DNA of 64,000 nt from Gemmatimonadales bacterium (GTDB lineage Bacteria; Gemmatimonadota; Gemmatimonadetes; Gemmatimonadales; GWC2-71-9), in the NCBI GenBank assembly GCA_035279705.1, contig DATEHG010000011.1:248-64247 (forward strand), in the 5' to 3' direction. Both the position numbers and the translations under genes were made by a program. Shown here piece after piece: positions 8,972 through 19,845 of the stretch (positions are counted from its first letter, which is position 1; the number at the start of each line of letters is the position of its first letter). The notes under the pieces are model-generated. The model searched no databases, was not told the DNA's origin, and worked only from the letters and a program-made list of their open reading frames with translations.

Positions 8972-9997
8972 ATGCTTTCGAAAGCCTCGCGCCCGGTCCT
9001 GCTGGCCGTCGCCGCCCTCGCGGCCGCGCTGCCGCTGGCTGCGCAGGTGGCCCTGACCGGCGCCGGCGCGACCTTCCCGAACCCGATCTACAGCAAGTGG
9101 TTCGACGCCTACAACAAGAAGACCGGCGTGCAGATCAACTACCAGTCGATCGGCTCCGGCGGCGGCATCAAGCAGTACACCGAGGGCACCGTGGACTTCG
9201 GCGCCACCGACGGCCCGATGAACCAGGACCAGATGTCCGCCGTCCAGGGCTCGGTGCTGCATCTCCCCACCGTGATGGGCGCCGTGGTGCTGACCTACAA
9301 CCTGCCGTCGCTGGGTGAGACCAAGCTCAAGTTCGACGGCGCCACCATCGCCGACATCTTCCTGGGCCGCATCACCAAGTGGAACGACAAGCGGATCGCC
9401 GCGCTCAATCCCGGCGTCGAGCTGCCGAACATCGATCTCATCCTGGTGCATCGCTCCGACGGCTCCGGCACGAGCTACATCTTCACCGACTACCTGAGCA
9501 AGGTTTCGCCGACGTGGAAGGAACAGGTGGGCAAGGGCACGGCGGTGAACTGGCCGACCGGCCTGGGCGGCAAGGGCAACGAGGGCGTGACCGAGCAGGT
9601 GAAGCAGACCGAAGGCGGCGTCGGCTACGTCGAACTGATCTACGCCCTCTCGAACAAGCTGCCGTTCGCGGATGTGAAGAATCAGGCCGGGAGCTTCGTC
9701 ACCCCGTCGCTCGAGTCGGTCACGGCCGCCGCGGCCAGCGCCAAGTTCTCCTCGGGAACCGATTTCCGGGTGTCGATCACCGACGCCCCCGGTGCGGGCT
9801 CGTATCCGATTTCCTCGTTCACCTGGCTGCTGATCCGGCCCAAGATGAAGGACCAGGCCAAGGCCAAGGCGCTCAAGGAATTCCTGGTGTGGATGATCAC
9901 GCCCGAAGCCCAGGCCATGGCCAAGGATCTGTCGTACGCCCCGCTGCCGGCTGAAGTCGTGGCGCTGGAGCAGGCCAAGCTCAAGTCGCTCTACTAG
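8972..9997 (+). CDS. pstS: Phosphate ABC transporter substrate-binding protein
   Basis: AAGGAG (8958-8963) lies 8 nt before the ATG at 8972. Signal peptide followed by GAGATFPNPIYSKW...YQSIGSGGG, the PstS hallmark. Confidence 0.9.
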   Translation: MLSKASRPVLLAVAALAAALPLAAQVALTGAGATFPNPIYSKWFDAYNKKTGVQINYQSIGSGGGIKQYTEGTVDFGATDGPMNQDQMSAVQGSVLHLPTVMGAVVLTYNLPSLGETKLKFDGATIADIFLGRITKWNDKRIAALNPGVELPNIDLILVHRSDGSGTSYIFTDYLSKVSPTWKEQVGKGTAVNWPTGLGGKGNEGVTEQVKQTEGGVGYVELIYALSNKLPFADVKNQAGSFVTPSLESVTAAAASAKFSSGTDFRVSITDAPGAGSYPISSFTWLLIRPKMKDQAKAKALKEFLVWMITPEAQAMAKDLSYAPLPAEVVALEQAKLKSLY

Positions 9998-10098
9998 TCG
10001 AAACAGAAAACCGGCACCGGCCGGCGAGGTTCCGGAGTCCCGCGCGCCGCTGTTCCCTCTCTTTCGCGCTCCCGGAATTCCGCCGGCCGCTGTTCCAG

Positions 10099-10135
10099 CC
10101 CCTTCACTCCGACACCGGAGTGGAGGGGGCTTTTT
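10099..10135 (+). terminator. Intrinsic terminator/attenuator after pstS
   Basis: 13-bp stem CCCCTTCACTCCG / CGGAGTGGAGGGG (one G-U pair), 4-nt loop, then CTTTTTT. Confidence 0.6.
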
Positions 10136-10159
10136 TCGGGTCTCCGCCGCGATTCTACC

Positions 10160-10187
10160 GTGACCCGTTCGTTACATGTGCGTGACC
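10160..10187 (+). promoter_or_regulatory. Candidate Pho box: GTGACC-N5-GTTACA-N5-GTGACC, exact 11-bp phasing, upstream of pstC
   Basis: Hexamers start at 10160, 10171 and 10182. The last one ends 36 bp before the pstC start, directly after the pstS terminator. Confidence 0.5.
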
Positions 10188-10222
10188 GGTCCAATGGCGA
10201 CCCCCGGTAAACTCCCGCCCCT

Positions 10223-11203
10223 ATGGAAGCCACCTCGACCACCGCCTCCCCGGCCGCCCCCGGCATCGCGATCCGGGACCGGGCGCCCGTCGGCGACTGG
10301 ATCTTCCGGATCGCCCTGACCGCCGCGGCCCTGGTGATCCCGGTGCTGCTGGTGTTCCTGGGCCTCGAGCTCCATGACGGCGCGAGGCTGGCCATGCACA
10401 AGTTCGGGTTCGAATTCCTGACCCGGAGCATCTGGGACCCGGTGGCCGAGGATTTCGGCGCCCTGCCGCTCATCTTCGGCACCCTGCTGTCGTCGGCCAT
10501 CGCCCTGCTGATCGCAGTGCCGCTGTCACTCGGCGTGGCCATCTTCCTCACTGAATTCTGCCCCAAGGCGCTGCGCCAGCCGGTCGCGTTCATGGTGGAG
10601 CTGCTGGCCGCGATCCCGAGCGTGGTGTACGGCCTCTGGGGCATTTTCGTGCTGATGCCCATCCTGCGGAAACTGGTCTTCCCCCTGCTCCGGGATGTGC
10701 TGGGCTTCCTTCCCCTGTTCAAGGGGCCGATCTACGGCCCGTCGATGCTGGCGGCCAGCATCATCCTCTCGATCATGGTGATGCCGTACATCATGGCCGT
10801 TTCCCGGGAAGTCCTGCTGGCCGTTCCCGGCAGTCAGCGTGAGGCCGCACTGGCCTTGGGCGCCACGCGGTGGGAGGCGGTGCGGACCGCGGTCCTGCCC
10901 TACGCCCGCACCGGGATCCTCGGCGCCATCGTGCTCGGTCTCGGCCGGGCGCTCGGCGAGACGATGGCGGTCACGATGCTGATCGGCAACCGCCACGAAC
11001 TGGCGGCCTCGCTCTTTGCTCCGGGGTACACGATGGCGGCGGCAATCGCCAATGAATTCTCCGAGGCCGCCACCGACATGCACTTCTCGGCACTGGCCTA
11101 CGTGGCCCTGGTGCTCTTCCTCATGACCTTGCTGGTCAACGCGGCAGCGCGCCTGATGATCTGGCGGGTCTCCCGGTCCGGCTCCGCTGGAGGACGCCAT
11201 TGA
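10223..11203 (+). CDS. pstC: Phosphate ABC transporter permease
   Basis: 326-aa multi-TM protein with the EAA-type loop ([15 protein letters not shown]). Context supports the call. Confidence 0.9.
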   Translation: MEATSTTASPAAPGIAIRDRAPVGDWIFRIALTAAALVIPVLLVFLGLELHDGARLAMHKFGFEFLTRSIWDPVAEDFGALPLIFGTLLSSAIALLIAVPLSLGVAIFLTEFCPKALRQPVAFMVELLAAIPSVVYGLWGIFVLMPILRKLVFPLLRDVLGFLPLFKGPIYGPSMLAASIILSIMVMPYIMAVSREVLLAVPGSQREAALALGATRWEAVRTAVLPYARTGILGAIVLGLGRALGETMAVTMLIGNRHELAASLFAPGYTMAAAIANEFSEAATDMHFSALAYVALVLFLMTLLVNAAARLMIWRVSRSGSAGGRH

Positions 11204-12048
11204 TGGATCGCCGGGTCTGGCGCCGGATCAAGGACCGGATCATGGTGGGGCTGCTCTATGCGGCCGCCATCGTGGCGGTGCTGCCGCTCTTCTTCATCCT
11301 GGTCAACCTGGTGATCAAGGGAGCGGGCAGCCTGAACTGGGCCTTCTTCACCAGGACACCTGTACCGGCCGGCGAAACCGGCGGCGGCGTGGTGCATGCC
11401 ATCGTGGGTTCCGCCATCATGGTGGGGGTGGCCTCGCTGATCGGCCTGCCGATCGGGATCGCCGCGGGAATCTTCTGCGCCGAGTATCCCGGCAGCCGGG
11501 TGGCCAAGGTCAGCCGGTTCGTCTCCGACGTGCTCAACGGCACGCCATCGATCGTGGTGGGTGTCTTCGCATGGACCTGGATCGTGGCCCGGCAGAAGCA
11601 CTTCTCGGCGCTGGCCGGAAGCGCCGCGCTGGCCATGCTCATGATTCCGATGGTGCTCCGCACCACCGAGGAGATGGTCCGGCTGGTGCCCAATGCGCTG
11701 CGCGAAGCGGCGCTCGCACTGGGGTATCCGCGCTGGCGCACCTGCCTGGCCGTGGTGGCCCGCACCGCGCTTCCGGGCATCGTGACCGGCAGCCTCCTTT
11801 CGGTGGCCCGCATCGCGGGAGAGACGGCTCCCCTGCTCTTCACGGCCCTGGGCAGCCAGTACCTGAGCTTCAACGTGAACCAGCCGATGTCGGCGCTGCC
11901 GCTCACCGTCTACACCTATGTGACCGGGCCGTACGAGGAGTGGCACCAGCTGGCCTGGGCCACGGCGCTGGTCCTCATCTCGATGGTGCTGGTGCTGAGC
12001 GTGGCCATGCGCCTGGCTACCCGCCGACGCTTTGCCAGCAATGGCTGA
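11200..12048 (+). CDS. pstA: Phosphate ABC transporter permease
   Basis: 282 aa. 4-bp overlap with pstC. Motif [16 protein letters not shown]. Confidence 0.9.
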   Translation: MMDRRVWRRIKDRIMVGLLYAAAIVAVLPLFFILVNLVIKGAGSLNWAFFTRTPVPAGETGGGVVHAIVGSAIMVGVASLIGLPIGIAAGIFCAEYPGSRVAKVSRFVSDVLNGTPSIVVGVFAWTWIVARQKHFSALAGSAALAMLMIPMVLRTTEEMVRLVPNALREAALALGYPRWRTCLAVVARTALPGIVTGSLLSVARIAGETAPLLFTALGSQYLSFNVNQPMSALPLTVYTYVTGPYEEWHQLAWATALVLISMVLVLSVAMRLATRRRFASNG

Positions 12049-12856
12049 CGCCGCCATCCAGGTCGAATCCGCCGCTCCGGCCGCCCCGGCCGCCGAAGCC
12101 GCCGTCCATCTCGCGACCGTCGGGCTGACCGCCTACTATGGCACCAAGCCGGGGGTGCGGGACGTCACGCTTCGTTTCCCCTCGCACGCGGTGCATGCGC
12201 TGATCGGCCCCTCCGGCTGCGGCAAGTCGACCTTTCTCCGCACCCTCAACCGGATGCATGAACTCACCGAGGGTGGCCGGATCAGCGGAAAAGTGCTGCT
12301 CGACGGGCACGACATCTACGGGGCCGGGGTCAGCGCCATGGAACTCAGGCGCCGGATCGGCATGGTGTTCCAGCGGCCCACCCCCTTCCCGACGATGTCG
12401 ATCTTCGACAACGTGGCGGCGGGGCTCCGGATCGGGCGGAATCCGGGACGGGCGGAGGTCGAGGCCACGGTGGAGCGGGCACTCCGGCAGGCCGCCCTCT
12501 GGGATGAGGTCAAGGACCGCCTCAAGACGAGCGCCACGGCGCTCTCGGGCGGCCAGCAGCAGCGCCTGTGCATCGCGCGGGCGGTAGCCCCCGCTCCCGA
12601 GGTGCTGCTGCTCGATGAGCCCACCGCCTCGCTCGACCCGCTGGGGACCCAGCGCATCGAGGAACTGGCCTTCGAACTCAAGAACGAGTACACGATCGTG
12701 ATCGTCACCCACAACCTGCAGCAGGCGGCCCGGGTGTCCGACACGACCACATTCTTCTACCTCGGTCAAATGGTGGAAACCGGCCCCACGCGGCTGATGT
12801 TCACCACGCCCAGGGAAGAGCAGACCGAGGCGTATATCACGGGGAGGTTCGGATGA
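12041..12856 (+). CDS. pstB: Phosphate ABC transporter ATP-binding protein, copy 1
   Basis: ATG at 12041 overlaps the pstA stop (ATGGCTGA). Walker [10 protein letters not shown], signature LSGGQQQR, Walker B LLLDEP, H-loop VTHN, C-terminal EAYITGRFG. Confidence 0.9.
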   Translation: MADAAIQVESAAPAAPAAEAAVHLATVGLTAYYGTKPGVRDVTLRFPSHAVHALIGPSGCGKSTFLRTLNRMHELTEGGRISGKVLLDGHDIYGAGVSAMELRRRIGMVFQRPTPFPTMSIFDNVAAGLRIGRNPGRAEVEATVERALRQAALWDEVKDRLKTSATALSGGQQQRLCIARAVAPAPEVLLLDEPTASLDPLGTQRIEELAFELKNEYTIVIVTHNLQQAARVSDTTTFFYLGQMVETGPTRLMFTTPREEQTEAYITGRFG

Positions 12857-13713
12857 GCCCGATCACCTTGAACCGCAAGCCGGAGGGCCCCGCCGCGACC
12901 ATGCTGCGACACACCCTGGCCACTGCCGCCCCCGCCGTGCCGCGCCCGGTTCCCGCGGGGCCGCCGGCCCTTGAAGCGAAGGACTTCCGCTTTTCCTACG
13001 GCGGCGCCGAGGTGCTGCACGGCATCTCGCTGGTGGTGCCCCGCCAGGCGGTCACTGCGATCATCGGACCCTCGGGCTGCGGCAAGTCGACCTTCCTCCG
13101 GGCCCTCAACCGGATGCACGACCTCGAGCCCAGGGCGCGCTACCAAGGGGAGATCCTGCTCGACGGCCAGTCGATCTTCGGCCCGGGTAGGGACCTGGTC
13201 GAACTGCGCCGCAAGGTGGGCATGGTATTCCAGCGACCCAATCCGTTCCCCAAATCGATCTACGAGAACGTGGCCTACGGCCCGGAGCTCAACCGGCTGG
13301 TCGCCAGGCGCGAGCTGCCCAGCCTGGTCGAGCGGTGCCTGCGCCAGGCGGCGCTCTGGGAAGAGGTCAAGGACCGGCTCGACTCCCCGGCCACCAGCCT
13401 GTCCGGGGGGCAGCAGCAGCGGCTCTGCATTGCCCGCGCACTGGGCAACTCGCCCGAGGTCCTGCTCATGGACGAGCCGTGCTCGGCCCTCGACCCGGTG
13501 GCCACGCAGAAGGTCGAGGAGCTGCTGGTCGAGCTCAAGCAGAACTACACGATCGTGATCGTGACCCACAACATGCAGCAGGCGGCGCGAGCCTCCGACT
13601 ACACGGGATTCTTTTTCAAGGGAGACCTTGTGGAGTTCGACGAGACGGCCACAATCTTCACCAGGCCGGCCCGCGAGGAGACCGAGGCCTACATCACCGG
13701 GAGGTTTGGATGA
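12853..13713 (+). CDS. pstB: Phosphate ABC transporter ATP-binding protein, copy 2 (tandem paralogue)
   Basis: 4-bp overlap with copy 1. Has the same complete set of ATPase motifs and the same C-terminal EAYITGRFG, plus an N-terminal extension of about 35 aa. Confidence 0.9.
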   Translation: MSPITLNRKPEGPAATMLRHTLATAAPAVPRPVPAGPPALEAKDFRFSYGGAEVLHGISLVVPRQAVTAIIGPSGCGKSTFLRALNRMHDLEPRARYQGEILLDGQSIFGPGRDLVELRRKVGMVFQRPNPFPKSIYENVAYGPELNRLVARRELPSLVERCLRQAALWEEVKDRLDSPATSLSGGQQQRLCIARALGNSPEVLLMDEPCSALDPVATQKVEELLVELKQNYTIVIVTHNMQQAARASDYTGFFFKGDLVEFDETATIFTRPAREETEAYITGRFG

Positions 13714-14420
13714 GCCTCGAAACCCATCGCCATTTTCACGACGAACTCAACGAGGTCAAGTCGCGGCTGCTCACCATGTCCGGTGAGGCCGAGGCGGCCC
13801 TCAGCGCGGCCGTCGATGCCCTGCTGCACCGGGACCTCCCGCGGGCCCGCGGCGTCATCGCGGGGGACCGGACGCTCAATTCGCTCGAGATCGAGATCGA
13901 GGAGCGCTGCATCAACCTGCTGGCCCTGCAGCAGCCCATGGGCAAGGACTTGCGGATGCTGACCATGGCGCTCAAAATCGCCAGTGACCTGGAGCGGGTC
14001 GGGGACCATGCGGTCAACATCGCCCAGTCCGCCGAGCGGTTGTCGAATACCCGGCCCATCGCGCCGGAGCCGGAAATCATCGAAATGGCCCGGCTGGCGC
14101 AGGACATGCTTTCCGACGCGCTCGAGGCGTTCATTCGCGGCGATTCGGTCGGGGCGCGGGAGGTCTGCCGGCGGGACGACCAGGTCGACGCCCTGCATCG
14201 TTCGCTGTTCCGGATTCTGCTCACGCACATGATGGAAGACCCGCATGTGATCGGGGCCAGCATGGAGCTCAACCTGGTCAGCCGGAACCTGGAACGGGTC
14301 GCCGACCTGGCCACCAACATCGCCGAAGACGTGGTCTTTCTGGTCGAAGGCAAGTCCATCAAGCATCACAACGAGGACGAGACTGTGGAAGCTGGAATCG
14401 GAGGGAACACCGGAGGATGA
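13710..14420 (+). CDS. phoU: Phosphate signalling complex protein PhoU
   Basis: ATG at 13710 overlaps the pstB2 stop (ATGA). Two PhoU repeats with the (E/D)xxxD patterns [13 protein letters not shown] and [15 protein letters not shown]. Confidence 0.9.
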   Translation: MSLETHRHFHDELNEVKSRLLTMSGEAEAALSAAVDALLHRDLPRARGVIAGDRTLNSLEIEIEERCINLLALQQPMGKDLRMLTMALKIASDLERVGDHAVNIAQSAERLSNTRPIAPEPEIIEMARLAQDMLSDALEAFIRGDSVGAREVCRRDDQVDALHRSLFRILLTHMMEDPHVIGASMELNLVSRNLERVADLATNIAEDVVFLVEGKSIKHHNEDETVEAGIGGNTGG

Positions 14421-16018
14421 CGGCCGTGCCCGTTCCTGAGCCGCGCGAGCGCCTGGCCGCGATCGACGTCGGATCGAACTCGATCCGCCTGCTGGTCGCG
14501 GAGTTGGGTGCCTCCTCGGGCCTCACGGTCATCGACGAGGTCAAGGAGCAGCCCCGCCTCGCCGCGGGCGTGGCGCGCACCGGCCGGCTCGATCCTGCCG
14601 CGATGGAGCGGGCCATGGAGGCGCTGGTCCGGATGCGGGACGTGTGTGAGCGGCGCGGCGTGAGCCGGATCGCCGCCGTGGCCACGTCAGCCGTACGGGA
14701 CGCCAAGAACGGGGCCGAGTTTGCCCGCCGGGTCCGCGAGGAAACCGGCATTCATCTCCAGATCATCGGCGCCGAGCGGGAGGCACAGCTGTCCTACCGG
14801 TCGGTGGCCCACCACTTCCCCCTGGAAGGGGGCCGGGTCGTGGTCGCCGATATCGGCGGCGGCAGCCTGGAGCTGATTGCGGCCGTTGATGGCCTGGTCG
14901 AAGAGGCCATCTCGCTGCCGTTCGGCGCCGTCCGGATTACCGAGCTCCACCTTCCCGGCGAGAACTCCCGCAAGGAAATCCGCCAGCTCCGTGAATGGGT
15001 CCGGAATCAGTTCCGCCGCAAGCTCGCGGTCCGGACCTGGCGCTCGCCCACGGTCATCGGCTCGGGCGGCTCATTCACCAACCTCGGCCGGATGGTCGTG
15101 GCCCGCCGCGGAGGCTCGGGATCGGAAGCGGTGCACGGCCTCACGATCACGGTGGCCGAACTGGAACAGCTGCTGGAATGGCTGAGCGGCCTCACGCCCG
15201 AACGGCGGGCCCAGGTGCCCGGACTCAATCCGCAGCGGGCGGACATCATCCTGGCCGGCCTGGCCATCACAGCCGAACTGCTTGACCGGATCGAAGCCCG
15301 GGAAATCAGGGTGAGTGCGTTCGGACTCCGGGAAGGGCTGCTGCTCGAGATGTCGGGGAGCGACGCCGTGCCCGCCGCCGCGGATCCGCTCCGGCTGGCC
15401 CGCGAATTCGCGGAGCGCTGCCATTGCGACCGGCGCCACGTCGAGCAGGTGCGGCTGCTGGCGCTGACGCTGTACGATCAGCTGGCCGGTCAGATCGGTG
15501 GCACTCCGGAGGACCGGGCGCTGCTGGAGGCGGCGGCCATCCTCCACGACGTCGGGCAGGTGGTCAGCTACCGGAAGTACCACCGCCACAGCTTCGACCT
15601 CATCATGCACGCCGAACGGCTGCACCTCTCGCCGCGGGAGCGGCTGCTGGTCGCGCTGATCTCGCGCTACCACCGCTCCCGCGGGCCCAGGAAGAAGCAC
15701 GAGGAGTATGCGGACCTCTCGCCCGAGGACCGCGCCCTGGTGCGCCGCCTCTCCGGGATCCTCCGCATCGCCGATGGTCTGGATCGCGGCTATACCTCGG
15801 CGGTGGAACGGATCACCCTCGAAGCCTGCCCCACCCGCCTCACCATCCGCCCGGTGCCCCGTTTTGCCGGTGCTGACCTCGGTCTCGAATCGTGGAGTGC
15901 GACGCAACTGGCCGATGTCCTGGCCAAGGTCCTCAAGCGCGAAGTGATCGTCGAGCCTGCTCCTGCGCCCAGGGACACCGCTTCAGTACCGGCCACTTCC
16001 GGTCCTGCCGCCGTCTAG
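14417..16018 (+). CDS. ppx: Exopolyphosphatase / guanosine pentaphosphate phosphohydrolase (Ppx/GppA) with HD domain
   Basis: 4-bp overlap with phoU. AAIDVGSNSIRLLVAE and DIGGGSLEL actin-fold motifs; C-terminal HD region (ILHDVG...HHRHS). Confidence 0.85.
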   Translation: MTAVPVPEPRERLAAIDVGSNSIRLLVAELGASSGLTVIDEVKEQPRLAAGVARTGRLDPAAMERAMEALVRMRDVCERRGVSRIAAVATSAVRDAKNGAEFARRVREETGIHLQIIGAEREAQLSYRSVAHHFPLEGGRVVVADIGGGSLELIAAVDGLVEEAISLPFGAVRITELHLPGENSRKEIRQLREWVRNQFRRKLAVRTWRSPTVIGSGGSFTNLGRMVVARRGGSGSEAVHGLTITVAELEQLLEWLSGLTPERRAQVPGLNPQRADIILAGLAITAELLDRIEAREIRVSAFGLREGLLLEMSGSDAVPAAADPLRLAREFAERCHCDRRHVEQVRLLALTLYDQLAGQIGGTPEDRALLEAAAILHDVGQVVSYRKYHRHSFDLIMHAERLHLSPRERLLVALISRYHRSRGPRKKHEEYADLSPEDRALVRRLSGILRIADGLDRGYTSAVERITLEACPTRLTIRPVPRFAGADLGLESWSATQLADVLAKVLKREVIVEPAPAPRDTASVPATSGPAAV

Positions 16019-16794
16019 CCCAGCAACACACCCAGCGTCTGATCAGTAACAAGCGCCTCGATTCCCGAGGCGCCGATCCGGTCCGCCCCCGCCGCGAGCA
16101 TCCGGGCCGCCAGTTCGAGGCTCCGGATTCCCCCCGACGCCTTGACCCCCATGCGTGCGCCTGCCACGGCACGAAGCAGGCGAACGGCCCCCACCGTCGC
16201 GCCGCCCGCAGGATGAAAGCCCGTTGACGTCTTGAGCCAGGCCGCACCTGCCTCCCGGGAAACGACGGCCGACCGCACCAGTGCCGCCGGGGTGATGGCC
16301 GCCGACTCGAGGATGACCTTGGTTCGGGCGGGAACACCCGCTTCGATCACCAGGCGCAAGTCGTCGTAGAGCTCGTTCCACTGGCCGGCCAGGATTAATC
16401 CCAGGGGTGCGACCACGTCGAGTTCGCGGGCGCCGTCGAGGACGGCCAGCCGGGCCTGACTCCTTCGCGCGGGGGTTCCCCCGGCCCCCAGAGGAAAGTC
16501 CACCACGGCGGCCACCACGGGCGTCCGGCCCCGGAGGTGCGCCGCGGCTGAACGCACCCAGACCGGGTTGACGCAGACCGCAGCCGCGTTGAGCGCCGCC
16601 GCCTGCTCGCACAGGTGGTGGATCTCGGGTCCGGTGGCCTCCGGCCGGAGCAGCGTGGCGTCGAGGTGGTCGGCCACTCCCCGCCGCTCGTGCCACCCGG
16701 CGCCAAGCCAGAACGGCTCGGCCTCCTTCGGGCGGTCGGCGCCTGCCTCTATGCCGGCTGCCTCTGCCTCGAGGGCGGAGAGGTCTAGGTCCAC
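16015..16794 (-). CDS. deoC: Deoxyribose-phosphate aldolase
   Basis: The C-terminal ~230 aa of ORF 16015..17223 match the DeoC pattern (VCVNP..., VVDFPLG, KVILE, FLKTSTGF, VKASGGIR). I place the start at the GTG at 16794 because the rhomboid gene occupies the rest of the ORF; this start is approximate. Confidence 0.75.
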   Translation of the reverse strand: MDLDLSALEAEAAGIEAGADRPKEAEPFWLGAGWHERRGVADHLDATLLRPEATGPEIHHLCEQAAALNAAAVCVNPVWVRSAAAHLRGRTPVVAAVVDFPLGAGGTPARRSQARLAVLDGARELDVVAPLGLILAGQWNELYDDLRLVIEAGVPARTKVILESAAITPAALVRSAVVSREAGAAWLKTSTGFHPAGGATVGAVRLLRAVAGARMGVKASGGIRSLELAARMLAAGADRIGASGIEALVTDQTLGVLLG

Positions 16795-17522
16795 GCCGCC
16801 ATCCGTCGGTGACTGGCCACGAGCGCCGGATCCCGGAAGAGCGGCAGGAGGACGATTCCGGCCAGAAACCCGCCGACGTGCGCCCAGAACGCCACCCCGC
16901 CCGCCTGATCCGACGAGAGGACGCCACCCAGGAGCTGAAGGAGGAACCAGTAGCCGATCATGAAAAAGGCGGGCACGGTGAAGGTCACCGGGAAGATGAT
17001 CAGCAGGAAGAAGAGGTGCACTCGCACCCGTGGATAAAGCATGATGTAGGCGCCGAGGATCCCGCTGATCGCACCGGAGGCACCGATCATCGGCAGAACA
17101 GATCCCGGCTGGAGCAGGACCTGGAGGGCCGCTGCCCCGAGTCCCGAGAGGATGTAGAAGGTGAAGAAGCCGAGGCGGCCCATCGAGTCCTCGACATTGT
17201 TCCCGAAGAGCCAGAGGAACCACATGTTCCCGATCAGGTGGCCCCAGCCGCCGTGGAGGAACATCGAGGTGAGCGGCGTATACCAGACCGGCCCTCGCCC
17301 GAGCACGCAGGACGCCCCATTCCCCATTTCGAACATCGTTCCGCCCGGTGCCTGGCGGAGTAATTCGGCCGGAATGAGTCCCAACTCACAAACCGACTTG
17401 GCGAGTGCCGGCTCCTGACCCATGGCCTGGACGAGGATCCAGCAAAGGACATTGGCCGCGATCAGCGCGCCGGTGACAATGGGGGTGCGGAAGAGCGAAT
17501 TGTCGTCCCGGTAGGGAATCAT
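16785..17522 (-). CDS. Rhomboid-family intramembrane serine protease
   Basis: 245 aa, 6-7 TM segments, [18 protein letters not shown] and the catalytic [12 protein letters not shown] motif. Confidence 0.85.
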   Translation of the reverse strand: MIPYRDDNSLFRTPIVTGALIAANVLCWILVQAMGQEPALAKSVCELGLIPAELLRQAPGGTMFEMGNGASCVLGRGPVWYTPLTSMFLHGGWGHLIGNMWFLWLFGNNVEDSMGRLGFFTFYILSGLGAAALQVLLQPGSVLPMIGASGAISGILGAYIMLYPRVRVHLFFLLIIFPVTFTVPAFFMIGYWFLLQLLGGVLSSDQAGGVAFWAHVGGFLAGIVLLPLFRDPALVASHRRMAAWT

Positions 17523-17689
17523 GGCTCAATCTAGCCGATTTCGGGCCTGCCAAAGGCCTGCCAAAACGGCGCAAAAAGACGGTATGTCCTTTGCCCAAGC
17601 CACCGTCAGCACACAGGTGCGGGTCGGCGGGACGTGCCTTCGAGCATATCCGGCGGACCTATCTCAGTATCCCGAAAGGAAAGTCACTC

Positions 17690-19603
<1,914 letters not shown>

Positions 19604-19624
19604 GTCGTTAGTCGTTGGTCGTTG
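19604..19624 (+). repeat. Heptamer tandem repeat (GTCGTTR)x3 directly after the dnaK TAG stop
   Basis: Read directly: TAG|GTCGTTA GTCGTTG GTCGTTG. Confidence 0.8.
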
Positions 19625-19845
19625 GTGGGGTTTGTCCGATTGTGCAGCCTGAGCCGTTGGCCGTCCGCTAACTCCGGAGGGCCGGCGGCTTGAGGCTTTT
19701 TCGGCCATCCCGGACCGCGAGTAGGGGTTGTTACGGATTGCGACGGGATCGCCACCCCGTGCATCCATTGATTCGCTAGATTCGTAGGGCCGGGACGGGC
19801 GGGGTTCGCCCGGCTCCGCAAGCACAACTCAGAGGATCGGCTCCG

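Noticed and set aside
10047-10097. Direct repeat GCCGCTGTTCC (x2) in the pstS-pstC spacer
   Set aside because: This is a single 11-mer duplication lying upstream of the clearer terminator. I could not attach a function to it and it may be chance.
16795-17223. N-terminal extension of the deoC ORF 16015..17223
   Set aside because: It overlaps the rhomboid protease gene (same strand, different frame). DeoC-like similarity starts only near 16700-16790.
17638-17664. Sigma-32-type heat-shock promoter upstream of dnaK (CTTCGAG-N13-CCTATCT)
   Set aside because: It only loosely resembles CTTGAAA-N13-15-CCCCATNT. No CIRCE or HAIR element was found either. It is too weak to call without TSS data.
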